The notes beneath the pieces were generated by a model. That model saw only the letters and a list, made by a program, of their open reading frames with translations. It had not been told where the DNA came from and ran no database searches. A stretch of 64,000 bases of DNA from Candidatus Saccharimonadota bacterium. GTDB lineage: Bacteria > Patescibacteriota > Saccharimonadia > Saccharimonadales > UBA10212. A program made the translations under genes and the position numbers. Location: assembly GCA_016187175.1 (NCBI GenBank), contig JACPKG010000022.1, forward strand, positions 11,989 through 75,988. The letters run 5' to 3'. Of the stretch, positions 46,208-53,970 are shown in pieces (the first letter of the stretch is position 1; each line of letters begins with the position of its first letter).

Positions 46208-46843
46208 TCATTTTTCTACTCCTCTGAGTAAGACAACTCCTTTTCTGGGACCTGGTACGGCGCCTTTGACGCCAATAACATTGAGGTCCGTATCGACAAT
46301 GGCGATCTTAAGGTTGCGGGTAGTTATTTGTGTGTGGCCCATCTGGCCAGCCATTTTCTTACCTGGAAAGATACGCTGTGGGAACATCGAACCAATTGAA
46401 CCAGGCCGGCGATAGCTTCGACCACCATGAGTTTTGCGTCCGCGGTGGAAATTATGGCGTTTAATCGTGCCGGCAAAACCCTTGCCCTTACTGATACCTG
46501 TCACTTTGACAACATCGCCGACGGAAAAAGAATCGGCGGCCAATTGGTCGCCGACTTTCAGGCTTAAGCCATCACCTTCCGCAATGCGAAATTCGCGTAC
46601 AATCTTCGGTGATCCGCCAACTGGCGGATTTGAGGCTTTAAAATGACCAGCTTGTGGCTTAGCTGGTCGTTTGTTGGCTTCGAAACCGAGTTGCAGGGCG
46701 CGATAACCGTCTGTGTCAGCGTTCTTAATCTGCGTAACCACATTGGAGCTGGCCGAAAGCAGGGTCACAGGCGTAGCTGCACCCTTCTCGTCCAGGATGC
46801 TGGTCATGCCAAGTTTTCTGGTGATCAGCGCTTTCACTGACAA
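46208..46843 (-). CDS. rplC: 50S ribosomal protein uL3
   Basis: Canonical uL3; TTG (46843) or GTG (46837) start. Confidence 0.95.
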   Translation of the reverse strand: MSVKALITRKLGMTSILDEKGAATPVTLLSASSNVVTQIKNADTDGYRALQLGFEANKRPAKPQAGHFKASNPPVGGSPKIVREFRIAEGDGLSLKVGDQLAADSFSVGDVVKVTGISKGKGFAGTIKRHNFHRGRKTHGGRSYRRPGSIGSMFPQRIFPGKKMAGQMGHTQITTRNLKIAIVDTDLNVIGVKGAVPGPRKGVVLLRGVEK

Positions 46844-46972
46844 TTCGCCCCTTCAAATAGTTATTGATAGTTAATACTACTGTCATATTTGACTATAAAT
46901 ACACATTAGGATAAGTCTGCATTTAGGTGGCAACCCAAAGCAGGACCCAGCTCCAAATGCTGTATCCATAAC

Positions 46973-47002
46973 AGATTACCACAAATAGCTGACAAGTGTC
47001 AA
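46973..47002 (-). promoter_or_regulatory. candidate promoter for rplC and downstream genes: TTGACA-18-TGgTAATCT (extended -10)
   Basis: Minus sense reads TTGACActtgtcagctatttgTGgTAATCT, about 130 nt upstream of rplC. The leader contains the hairpin GCATTTGG...CCTAAATGC. Confidence 0.45.
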
Positions 47003-47506
47003 TCCGCTGTAAAAATCACTCCAGTCGCAAAAATACCGAACGCGACCCCACCGTGAATAGCTGATTGTCAAAAATAAGTTTGGTCTTGGCACTCCTCGTA
47101 ATTCAGCCACTGGCTAATTTACTCGTCAAACAGCCAATGCCAGCCAAGCTCATTTATTTATTGACAACATCTAATCAGGGCTCGGCAGATGTTCGGATAT
47201 TTTGCGACTCTCGTTCAACAAAATACTTGACTAGTTAAGGATCTATATGCTCTTCTGGTCACAAGGCTAATCAGTGAGTACTCAAGGTAAATAAATCCTG
47301 GGTAAAACATAACTCAAGGTTAACAAGCGAGCCCTATCTTTCTTCTGGGCACCGGAGACAACATGAGTAGATGTTGTTTATAAAGAGGCGTACTTGGTCA
47401 CTAAAGCATGTTCGACGAAGCAAAGTTGCCAGTGGCAACTTTGTGAGGAGTTCTTTAGCGAGCCTGTTTTAAACAACAGATACATCAAGTTGGTCGACGC
47501 GTCCGG

Positions 47507-47555
47507 AAAAAGATAGGGCGAGCGACCCCTCACATTTTGATTTCGGCGCTTGCCC
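47507..47555 (-). terminator. possible terminator after rpsJ
   Basis: Minus sense reads GGGCAAGCG-loop-CGCTCGCCC (8/9 pairs), followed by TATCTTTTT. The loop is large (~22 nt), so this call is weak. Confidence 0.3.
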
Positions 47556-47632
47556 CGCACTAAAACCTGAGCGGAACAGTCTGCAATCAGATTGTGGAGC
47601 TTCAAGTTTTAGTACTGGGGTCGCAGCCGTGT

Positions 47633-48157
47633 TCACATCTTAATCTCAGCGTCGCAGCCAGCGGGTAGACTGAGATTCATAAGAGAGTCGACGGTTTTCG
47701 GGGTTGGATCGCTAATATCAATCAGGCGCTTGTGGACACGCATTTCGAACTGCTCGCGACCCTTTTTGTAAACGTGCGGGCTTTTAACAACTGTAAACGT
47801 ACTTTTACGTGTCGGTAAAGGAATCGGCCCAGCTATGGTGGCACCCGTACGCAAGGCTGTCTCTACGATTTGTTTAGCCGACTGGTCAATAACCTTATGG
47901 TCATAAGCCTTAAGACGGATTCGTATTCTTTGTTTGGGCTCATCAGATGATTGCCGCTCTCTAGAAGTAGAAGCCTTTGGCTTCACTACGGGACTCCGCC
48001 GCCCACCCTTCGAGCCATTCGACTCGTCAGTTGCAGGCTCAGGGTCGCCCTGTCTTCGACTCCGAGGTTGCTCAGACTCGAGGAGAGTCTGTCGAATGGG
48101 CGACGAGCTCAGGGTTTTGCTTCGCTTGATTGCCGACTGTTTTTTTGTGTCTGCCAT
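47633..48157 (-). CDS. rpsJ: 30S ribosomal protein uS10 with ~70-aa basic/Ser-rich N-terminal extension
   Basis: The canonical uS10 core starts at [12 protein letters not shown]. There is no in-frame ATG, GTG or TTG near the core. Confidence 0.9.
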   Translation of the reverse strand: MADTKKQSAIKRSKTLSSSPIRQTLLESEQPRSRRQGDPEPATDESNGSKGGRRSPVVKPKASTSRERQSSDEPKQRIRIRLKAYDHKVIDQSAKQIVETALRTGATIAGPIPLPTRKSTFTVVKSPHVYKKGREQFEMRVHKRLIDISDPTPKTVDSLMNLSLPAGCDAEIKM

Positions 48158-48194
48158 GTGAGTTAGCTATTAGCCGTTAGCTTTAAGCTTATAG

Positions 48195-49376
48195 CTACTT
48201 TACGATTTTAGTGACGACGCCGGCGCCAACGGTCCGGCCGCCTTCGCGGATAGCAAAACGCAGACCTTGTTCCATAGCAATCGGAGCCTGTAATTTAACC
48301 TTAAAGGTCACGGTGTCACCCGGCATAACCATTTCTTTGTCGGCCGGTAGCTCGACTTCGCCAGTTACGTCCGTGGTGCGAAAGTAAAACTGCGGTTTGT
48401 AGCCTTTGAAAAATGGGGTGTGGCGCCCGCCTTCTTCCTTGGTCAGAATGTAGACTTCGCTGTCAAACTCGGTGTGCGGCGTGATGGTGCCCGGCTTGGC
48501 CAATACCTGTCCGCGTTCGATATCCTCACGTTCAACACCGCGCAGCAGGACTCCAACATTATCGCCAGCCTGGCCTTGGTCGAGATTCTTTTTAAACATC
48601 TCAACACCTGTAACCACGCTTTTGGTGGTCGGGCGGATACCAACAATTTCCACTTCTTCGTTAACCTTGACCACGCCCGTTTCAATACGGCCGGTAGCCA
48701 CCGTGCCGCGGCCCTTAATGGAAAAGACATCTTCAATAGCCATCATGAAAGGCTTATCGAGGTCACGCTTTGGCTCGGGAATGTATTCGTCCATGGCTTT
48801 AACCAATTCCATAATGGCGTCTTCGTTAGCCGTATCACCTTCCAGCGCCTTAGTAGCAGAACCCTTAATGATTGGCGCGTTTTCGTCGAATTCGTATTTC
48901 TTTAACAATTCGCGGACATCAGACTCAACCAACTCGACAAGTTCGGGGTCGGCCAAGTCCATTTTGTTTAGAAAAACAAGAATGGATGGCACGCCAACCT
49001 GCTTAGCCAGCAAAACATGTTCGCGTGTTTGCGGCATAGGACCGTCAGCCGCCGATACGACCAAGATAGCGCCGTCAATCTGGGCGGCACCGGTAATCAT
49101 ATTTTTGATGTAGTCGGCGTGGCCGGGCATGTCAACATGCGCGTAGTGGCGTTTCTCACTCTCATATTCCTGGTGCGAGGTCGCAATAGTAATGCCGCGG
49201 GCTTTTTCCTCAGGAGCGTTATCAATCTGATCATAAGTTACTGGCTTGTTAATATCACTCGGGAGTTTCTTAGCTAAGACGTGCGTAATTGCAGCTGTCA
49301 GTGTTGTTTTCCCGTGGTCAACATGGCCCATGGTGCCAACATTAAGATGCGGCTTGCTGCGATCAAAATCTGCCAT
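48195..49376 (-). CDS. tuf: elongation factor Tu
   Basis: Canonical EF-Tu ([15 protein letters not shown]-like [12 protein letters not shown]). Confidence 0.98.
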   Translation of the reverse strand: MADFDRSKPHLNVGTMGHVDHGKTTLTAAITHVLAKKLPSDINKPVTYDQIDNAPEEKARGITIATSHQEYESEKRHYAHVDMPGHADYIKNMITGAAQIDGAILVVSAADGPMPQTREHVLLAKQVGVPSILVFLNKMDLADPELVELVESDVRELLKKYEFDENAPIIKGSATKALEGDTANEDAIMELVKAMDEYIPEPKRDLDKPFMMAIEDVFSIKGRGTVATGRIETGVVKVNEEVEIVGIRPTTKSVVTGVEMFKKNLDQGQAGDNVGVLLRGVEREDIERGQVLAKPGTITPHTEFDSEVYILTKEEGGRHTPFFKGYKPQFYFRTTDVTGEVELPADKEMVMPGDTVTFKVKLQAPIAMEQGLRFAIREGGRTVGAGVVTKIVK

Positions 49377-49451
49377 AAAAAATAACTCCTTTAAAAGATT
49401 AGTTGTAGTTTAGCATGGCAAGCAATAGCCACCCCATGCGATTACCAAAGC

Positions 49452-49481
49452 ATTATAGGATAAATCGTAGACTTTTGTAAA
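49452..49481 (-). promoter_or_regulatory. candidate tuf promoter TTTACA-18-TATAAT with a ~75-nt leader and SD AAAGGAG
   Basis: Minus sense reads TTTACAaaagtctacgatttatccTATAAT, immediately after the fabD-like stop. Confidence 0.5.
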
Positions 49482-49485
49482 GGGG

Positions 49486-50391
49486 TTATCGCTTGAGACA
49501 ATCTTCGGCATGTTCGACATGCACACCTTTATCTTTCAATTGCCTCTTTACCATACTAGACAAAACATCTCCATGGCCAAATTCGCGAAATTGCCTTACT
49601 CCGGCTTCATAAAGTTCTTCAACACTTTGGCTCCATCTAACAGGTAGCTTTAACTGATTAGGATAAGCATCCTTAAGCTGGTCCGCTAGTGTGATAATCC
49701 TTCCAATGTTTGCGGCTATGGGAACTGAAGGATCTTTAACCCTAATACTGTTCATAAATCGCGCAACTCTCTCGATACCTCCTGACATAAGTGGCGAGTG
49801 TGCCGGTATCGTTACGCCTAACACTACAGTTCGCCTGGCTCCTTCTTCGTTTGCCTCTTCTATAGTTCTGTCAACTTCGTCATTTCCTCCAGAAACTACA
49901 ATTTGTTGGTCGGGAATATTATAATTTGCTACAACCGAACCGTTATTTGCGGTAATCCGTTCAACTACTGCATCTTTTAAGCCAAGGATTGCTGCCATTT
50001 TCCCGGGATGACGTTTGCCTTCCTCCTCCATTGTTAAGCCGCGCTCATTAACCCATGCAAGCGCGTCTTCTTCATCTATTGCATCGGCGGCTACAGCAGC
50101 CGCTCCTTCGCCGACGCTGTGACCTATTACATAATCTGGGATTTCAGCCTTGTGTCGTTTTCTGTAGACAGCCAATAGGCCGAGAGAGACGGCGACTACG
50201 GCGATCTGAGTGTTAGAAGTTCGGTCCAGGAATTCTTTTGGCCCGTTCCGCATCATTCCACTTATAGGTCTGCCCGTAATGCGATCGGCTCTTGTAATTA
50301 CTGCTAAGAATTCAGGAAATGCATCCATCAGTTCTCTAGCCATACCAACTTCCTGCGTTCCCTGCCCTGAGAACATCCATGCTTTTTTCAT
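49486..50391 (-). CDS. FabD-like acyltransferase (malonyl-CoA:ACP transacylase family)
   Basis: Family blocks FSGQGTQ, GHSVGE (active-site Ser), MAAILGL, ANYNIPDQQIVVSG, PAHSPLM and VRWSQSVE. It starts 14 nt after the fusA stop. Confidence 0.8.
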   Translation of the reverse strand: MKKAWMFSGQGTQEVGMARELMDAFPEFLAVITRADRITGRPISGMMRNGPKEFLDRTSNTQIAVVAVSLGLLAVYRKRHKAEIPDYVIGHSVGEGAAAVAADAIDEEDALAWVNERGLTMEEEGKRHPGKMAAILGLKDAVVERITANNGSVVANYNIPDQQIVVSGGNDEVDRTIEEANEEGARRTVVLGVTIPAHSPLMSGGIERVARFMNSIRVKDPSVPIAANIGRIITLADQLKDAYPNQLKLPVRWSQSVEELYEAGVRQFREFGHGDVLSSMVKRQLKDKGVHVEHAEDCLKR

Positions 50392-50405
50392 ATGTTGACC
50401 TTAAT

Positions 50406-52493
50406 TTACTTACCGGATTTGGCAATGATACCTTCAGCGACGTTTGATGGCACATCGGCGTAATGATCCAGTTCCATGCTACTGCTGGCCCTACCCTGCG
50501 TAGAGCTACGCAAAGATGTGGTGTAGCCAAACATTTCGCCAAGTGGGACATAGGCGGTAATTTCTTTGATGCCGGATGAAAGATCTTCCATAGACTCCAC
50601 CCGGCCACGCTTGGAATTAAGATCGCCGATTACGTCGCCCATAAAGGCTTCGGGCACCACCACGACGATTTTCATGATGGGCTCAAGAAGCACCGGAGCA
50701 GACTTTTTAAAAGCATCTTGAAAGGCCATAGACCCGGCAATTTTAAAGGCTACTTCGCTACTGTCCACGTCGTGGTAGCTGCCGTCATACAGTTCAACTT
50801 TGACGTCTACGACTGGATAGCCAGCAATTACGCCGTTAGCCATGGCCTCTTCAATACCAGTCCGCGCCGCCGGGATAAATTCGCTGGGGATGGCGCCGCC
50901 TTTAATTCTGTTGATGAACTCAAAGCCGGCGCCGGTTTCGTTTTGGAAAAGCCTTAGCCAGACATGGCCGTATTGGCCACGGCCTCCAGTCTGGCGAATG
51001 TACTTACCTTCGGCTTCAACTCCGTCTTTACGGATGGTTTCACGATAAGCCACTTGTGGCTGACCGACGTTAGCCTCAACTGCAAATTCACGTTTCATGC
51101 GGTCGACAATGATTTCCAGGTGCAGCTCACCCATGCCGGAAATTATAGTTTGGCCTGTTTCGGTGTCTGACTTAATCCTAAAGGTCGGATCTTCTTCGGC
51201 TAGACGTGATAGAGCTATGGCCATTTTTTCTTGATCGGCTTTAGTCTTCGGCTCAATAGCGATACTAACTGGCGGTTCCGGAAAAGTGATGCTTTCTAGC
51301 AGTATCGGATGCGTTGGATCACAAAGAGTATTGCCAGTGGTTGTGCCTTTTAGGCCGACTATGGCCGCTATGTCGCCGGCGTCCACATGAGAAACGTCCT
51401 CGCGCTTGTCGGCATGCAGGCGTACGATACGGCCGACACGCTCTTTATCGCCAGTCGAACTGTTTAAGATATAGCTACCGGCTGTGATCTTGCCAGAGTA
51501 AACTCGGAAAAAGGCCAGCTTACCAACAAAGGGATCAGTTGCTATCTTGAAGGCTAGCGCGGCAAACGGTTCGGCGGGATCGGGCTGGCGTTCGATTTCA
51601 TCTCCGTTTTTAGGATTGGTTCCCCAAGTCGATCCTCTGTCCAGCGGTGAAGGTAGGAAATCAGTAATAGCATCCAGTAATTTTTCAGCAATCACGCCGC
51701 GGCCATCTCCTCCCGAAACGACAAAAAACTTACCCGTCAGAACAGCTGTTCGAATAGCCTGTTTAACTTCTTCTTCGCTCAACCCGTCCTCGCCGACTTC
51801 AAAATACTTCTCAAGGGTTTTTTCGTCCTCGGCGACAGCGTTTTCGACAAGCAGCGAGCGATATTTTTTGACTTTATCGATCATTTCGGCCGGAATTTCT
51901 CCTTCAACTAAATTCTTATCCGTGAAGTCTTTGTAGGAATAGGCTTTCATCGTGATCAGATCTACCACGCCTGTAATAGATTGTTCAAAACCAATTGGCA
52001 GATGGATTGGGAACGCGCGCTTGGAAAGCCGGTGGTGAATAGAATCTAAACTTTTATAAAAATCACCGCCGGTTTGGTTAATCTTATTTATAAAGCAAAT
52101 ACGCGGTACTCCGTATCTATCGGCCTGCCGCCAGACGGTTTCAGATTGACTCTCCACGCCCATCTTACCATCAAAAACCACAACCGCGCCATCTAGTACA
52201 CGTAAGCTGCGCTCAACCTCAACCGTGAAGTCAATGTGGCCCGGCGTATCAATAATGTTAATTTTTTTATCTTTCCAAAAACAAGTCACAGCAGCAGCCG
52301 TAATGGTGATGCCGCGTTCTTTCTCCTGGGCCATCCAGTCGGTTGTGGTATCGCCAGCATGGACTTCGCCAATTTTGTGCTTTAAGCCCGTGCGGTAAAG
52401 AATAGCTTCGGTGGTTGTCGTCTTGCCAGCATCAATATGGGCAATAATCCCGATGTTTCTAACCTTCTCTAGTTCGTATTTTTTATCTGCCAT
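50406..52493 (-). CDS. fusA: elongation factor G
   Basis: Canonical EF-G ([17 protein letters not shown], domains I-V). Confidence 0.98.
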   Translation of the reverse strand: MADKKYELEKVRNIGIIAHIDAGKTTTTEAILYRTGLKHKIGEVHAGDTTTDWMAQEKERGITITAAAVTCFWKDKKINIIDTPGHIDFTVEVERSLRVLDGAVVVFDGKMGVESQSETVWRQADRYGVPRICFINKINQTGGDFYKSLDSIHHRLSKRAFPIHLPIGFEQSITGVVDLITMKAYSYKDFTDKNLVEGEIPAEMIDKVKKYRSLLVENAVAEDEKTLEKYFEVGEDGLSEEEVKQAIRTAVLTGKFFVVSGGDGRGVIAEKLLDAITDFLPSPLDRGSTWGTNPKNGDEIERQPDPAEPFAALAFKIATDPFVGKLAFFRVYSGKITAGSYILNSSTGDKERVGRIVRLHADKREDVSHVDAGDIAAIVGLKGTTTGNTLCDPTHPILLESITFPEPPVSIAIEPKTKADQEKMAIALSRLAEEDPTFRIKSDTETGQTIISGMGELHLEIIVDRMKREFAVEANVGQPQVAYRETIRKDGVEAEGKYIRQTGGRGQYGHVWLRLFQNETGAGFEFINRIKGGAIPSEFIPAARTGIEEAMANGVIAGYPVVDVKVELYDGSYHDVDSSEVAFKIAGSMAFQDAFKKSAPVLLEPIMKIVVVVPEAFMGDVIGDLNSKRGRVESMEDLSSGIKEITAYVPLGEMFGYTTSLRSSTQGRASSSMELDHYADVPSNVAEGIIAKSGK

Positions 52494-52528
52494 AAATTAG
52501 CTCCTAGCTATTAGCTCATAGCTATTAG

Positions 52529-52765
52529 CTATTGCATCCTTTGTCGTAAACTTGCAGCCGTAGTATAAATAGCAAAAATGGCGGTTCTACCAACACAGCT
52601 CCCAAATGCTTTGTAAAATTCCCATTGACTACCTAGAACCCCTTTATCTGCAAATCGTTTATGTTCAGTTTTCCATCTTTCTACTTCGTCGTGGTATCTG
52701 AAATACGATGTGTCCATACGAGTCCCACTTGCCAACATTCTTTGTCGCCTTTCTTCCAAATTCAT
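52529..52765 (-). CDS. hypothetical 78-aa protein, translationally coupled to rpsG (TGATG overlap)
   Basis: The ATG shares its A with the rpsG TGA stop; no motif recognised; hydrophobic C-terminal segment. Confidence 0.5.
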   Translation of the reverse strand: MNLEERRQRMLASGTRMDTSYFRYHDEVERWKTEHKRFADKGVLGSQWEFYKAFGSCVGRTAIFAIYTTAASLRQRMQ

Positions 52766-53244
52766 CAGGTCCTCGCGAAATGGGCGAAGGCCCTGTTGGC
52801 TTCGGCCATTTTATGGACGTCTTCCTTTTTCTTCACGGCCGCACCGGTGTTGTTATAAGCGTCAACTAATTCTTGGGCTATACGATCTTCCATGCTCATA
52901 CCCTTACGGTCACGCGCGGCAGCAACGAACCACAAAATTGTCAGGTGCTGCTGGCGCTGGCCTTTAACCTCAAAAGGAATCTGGTAGTTAGCGCCGCCAA
53001 CCCGCCGCGAACGTGTTTCTAGATAGGGTTGAACATTTTTGAAAGCTTGATCAAGAACTTCTAATGGATTTTGAACTTTGAGTTTATTGGCCGCCTTTTG
53101 CATACCACCGTATACCAGTCGTTCAGCTAGTTGTTTTTTGCCGCCCAGCATAACACGATTAATCAATTTAGCAATTTGCTGGCTGTTATACAGCCGGTCT
53201 GGCTCAACATCCCGTACAAGCGACTTGGTAGTTTTTCTAGGCAC
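52765..53244 (-). CDS. rpsG: 30S ribosomal protein uS7
   Basis: Canonical uS7; GTG start with AAGGAG upstream. Confidence 0.96.
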   Translation of the reverse strand: MPRKTTKSLVRDVEPDRLYNSQQIAKLINRVMLGGKKQLAERLVYGGMQKAANKLKVQNPLEVLDQAFKNVQPYLETRSRRVGGANYQIPFEVKGQRQQHLTILWFVAAARDRKGMSMEDRIAQELVDAYNNTGAAVKKKEDVHKMAEANRAFAHFART

Positions 53245-53307
53245 CGGACGCTCCTTGCAGTCGCTTAAAATTCAAATACCAAACATCAAGCATCAGATCA
53301 CGCTTAA

Positions 53308-53387
53308 GAGGTCCGACCTGGTAAAAAGATAGGTAAAATCTAGTGATTTTGCCTAAAATCTCTTTGCTTTTTACAAGGTCGGACCTC
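53308..53387 (+). repeat. GAGGTCCGACC palindromic element, copy A (80 bp, rpsL-rpsG spacer)
   Basis: 21-nt arms GAGGTCCGACCTGGTAAAAAG / CTTTTTACAAGGTCGGACCTC. The core GTAAAATCTAGTGATTTTGC is shared with copy B. Confidence 0.8.
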
Positions 53388-53447
53388 CCGCAAAGAAAGC
53401 TGCTTGAAGTTTGAAATTTGAAGTTTGAAATTTGAGTATGGGACATC

Positions 53448-53858
53448 CTATTTTCCTTTTTTGGCCCCATACTTTGAGCGCCCTTGCTTACGGTCAGAAA
53501 CACCTTGTAGATCAAGATTGCCGCGGACAATATGATAGCGCACACCAGGCAAATCCTTAACTCGTCCGCCACGCACTAATACAACGGCGTGTTCTTGTAA
53601 GTTATGGCCTTCACCACCAATATAGGCCCAGACTTCGTGGCCGTTAGTCAAGCGCACGCGGGCAACTTTACGCAGCGCTGAGTTCGGTTTTCTAGGAGTC
53701 TTGGTAGTTACGCGAATACAAACTCCGCGTTTAAAAGGTGACGCTTTTTCGTAACTCTTAGTCTTGAGATTGTTGACCACGCGCTGCAAAGCCGGCGACT
53801 TGGTTTTGCCTCGGGAAATGGTTCTTGGCTTTCGGACTAGTTGATTAACTGTTGGCAA
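53448..53858 (-). CDS. rpsL: 30S ribosomal protein uS12
   Basis: Canonical uS12; TTG start with GGAGG 7 nt upstream. Confidence 0.96.
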   Translation of the reverse strand: MPTVNQLVRKPRTISRGKTKSPALQRVVNNLKTKSYEKASPFKRGVCIRVTTKTPRKPNSALRKVARVRLTNGHEVWAYIGGEGHNLQEHAVVLVRGGRVKDLPGVRYHIVRGNLDLQGVSDRKQGRSKYGAKKGK

Positions 53859-53970
53859 AAAGCAACCTCCGGTTGCGAAATTAGAAAATAGAAATTAGAA
53901 AATAGCTTTGCGATCTGGTTTCTTCTAATGCCTAATTGCTGATTATTCATTGCTGATCTGAAGGAGTTTA

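Larger units (their letters stand above)
46844..47632 (-). other. 789-bp non-coding, hairpin-rich region between rpsJ and rplC (unassigned: ncRNA, decayed mobile element or expanded leader)
   Basis: There is no credible ORF. It contains several perfect hairpins, internal inverted repeats and a promoter-like site facing rplC (see findings). Confidence 0.6.

Noticed and set aside
47378-47605. 75-aa ORF inside the rpsJ-rplC gap
   Set aside because: It has a TTG start, no Shine-Dalgarno or -10 at leaderless distance, a random-looking composition and perfect hairpins inside it. I treat it as non-coding.
46844-47632. tmRNA or RNase P RNA hypothesis for the 789-bp gap
   Set aside because: A TTCGACG string at ~47411 recalled the tmRNA 5' domain, and AGGATAAGTC at ~46909 recalled the RNase P P4 helix. 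However, neither strand has a tRNA-like T-arm/ACCA 3' end, a GAGGAAAGUCC box or an ACAGAAnnCGGCUUA box. The identity of the region is left open.
48420-49113. Long plus-strand ORFs antisense to tuf, and similar shadow ORFs antisense to rplA (20077..21206), dnaB, dnaX, fusA, rpoB, rpoC, tig and others
   Set aside because: These are typical antisense shadow ORFs of strongly codon-biased genes. They have low-complexity or Ser/Leu/Arg-rich translations and no start signals.
53406-53433. Tandem 14-mers here and at 34242..34273 and 53885..53912, considered as possible CRISPR or minisatellite arrays
   Set aside because: There are only 2 units of 14 nt, no spacers and no cas genes, so this is not CRISPR. 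They are reported instead as part of the word-repeat spacer phenomenon.
53237-53572. 111-aa ORF, together with ORFs 53078..53332 and 61285..61575, all containing the peptide RSDLVK
   Set aside because: The shared peptide is simply the GAGGTCCGACC repeat arm translated. The ORFs overlap rpsL or rpsG, or span spacers, and have no RBS.
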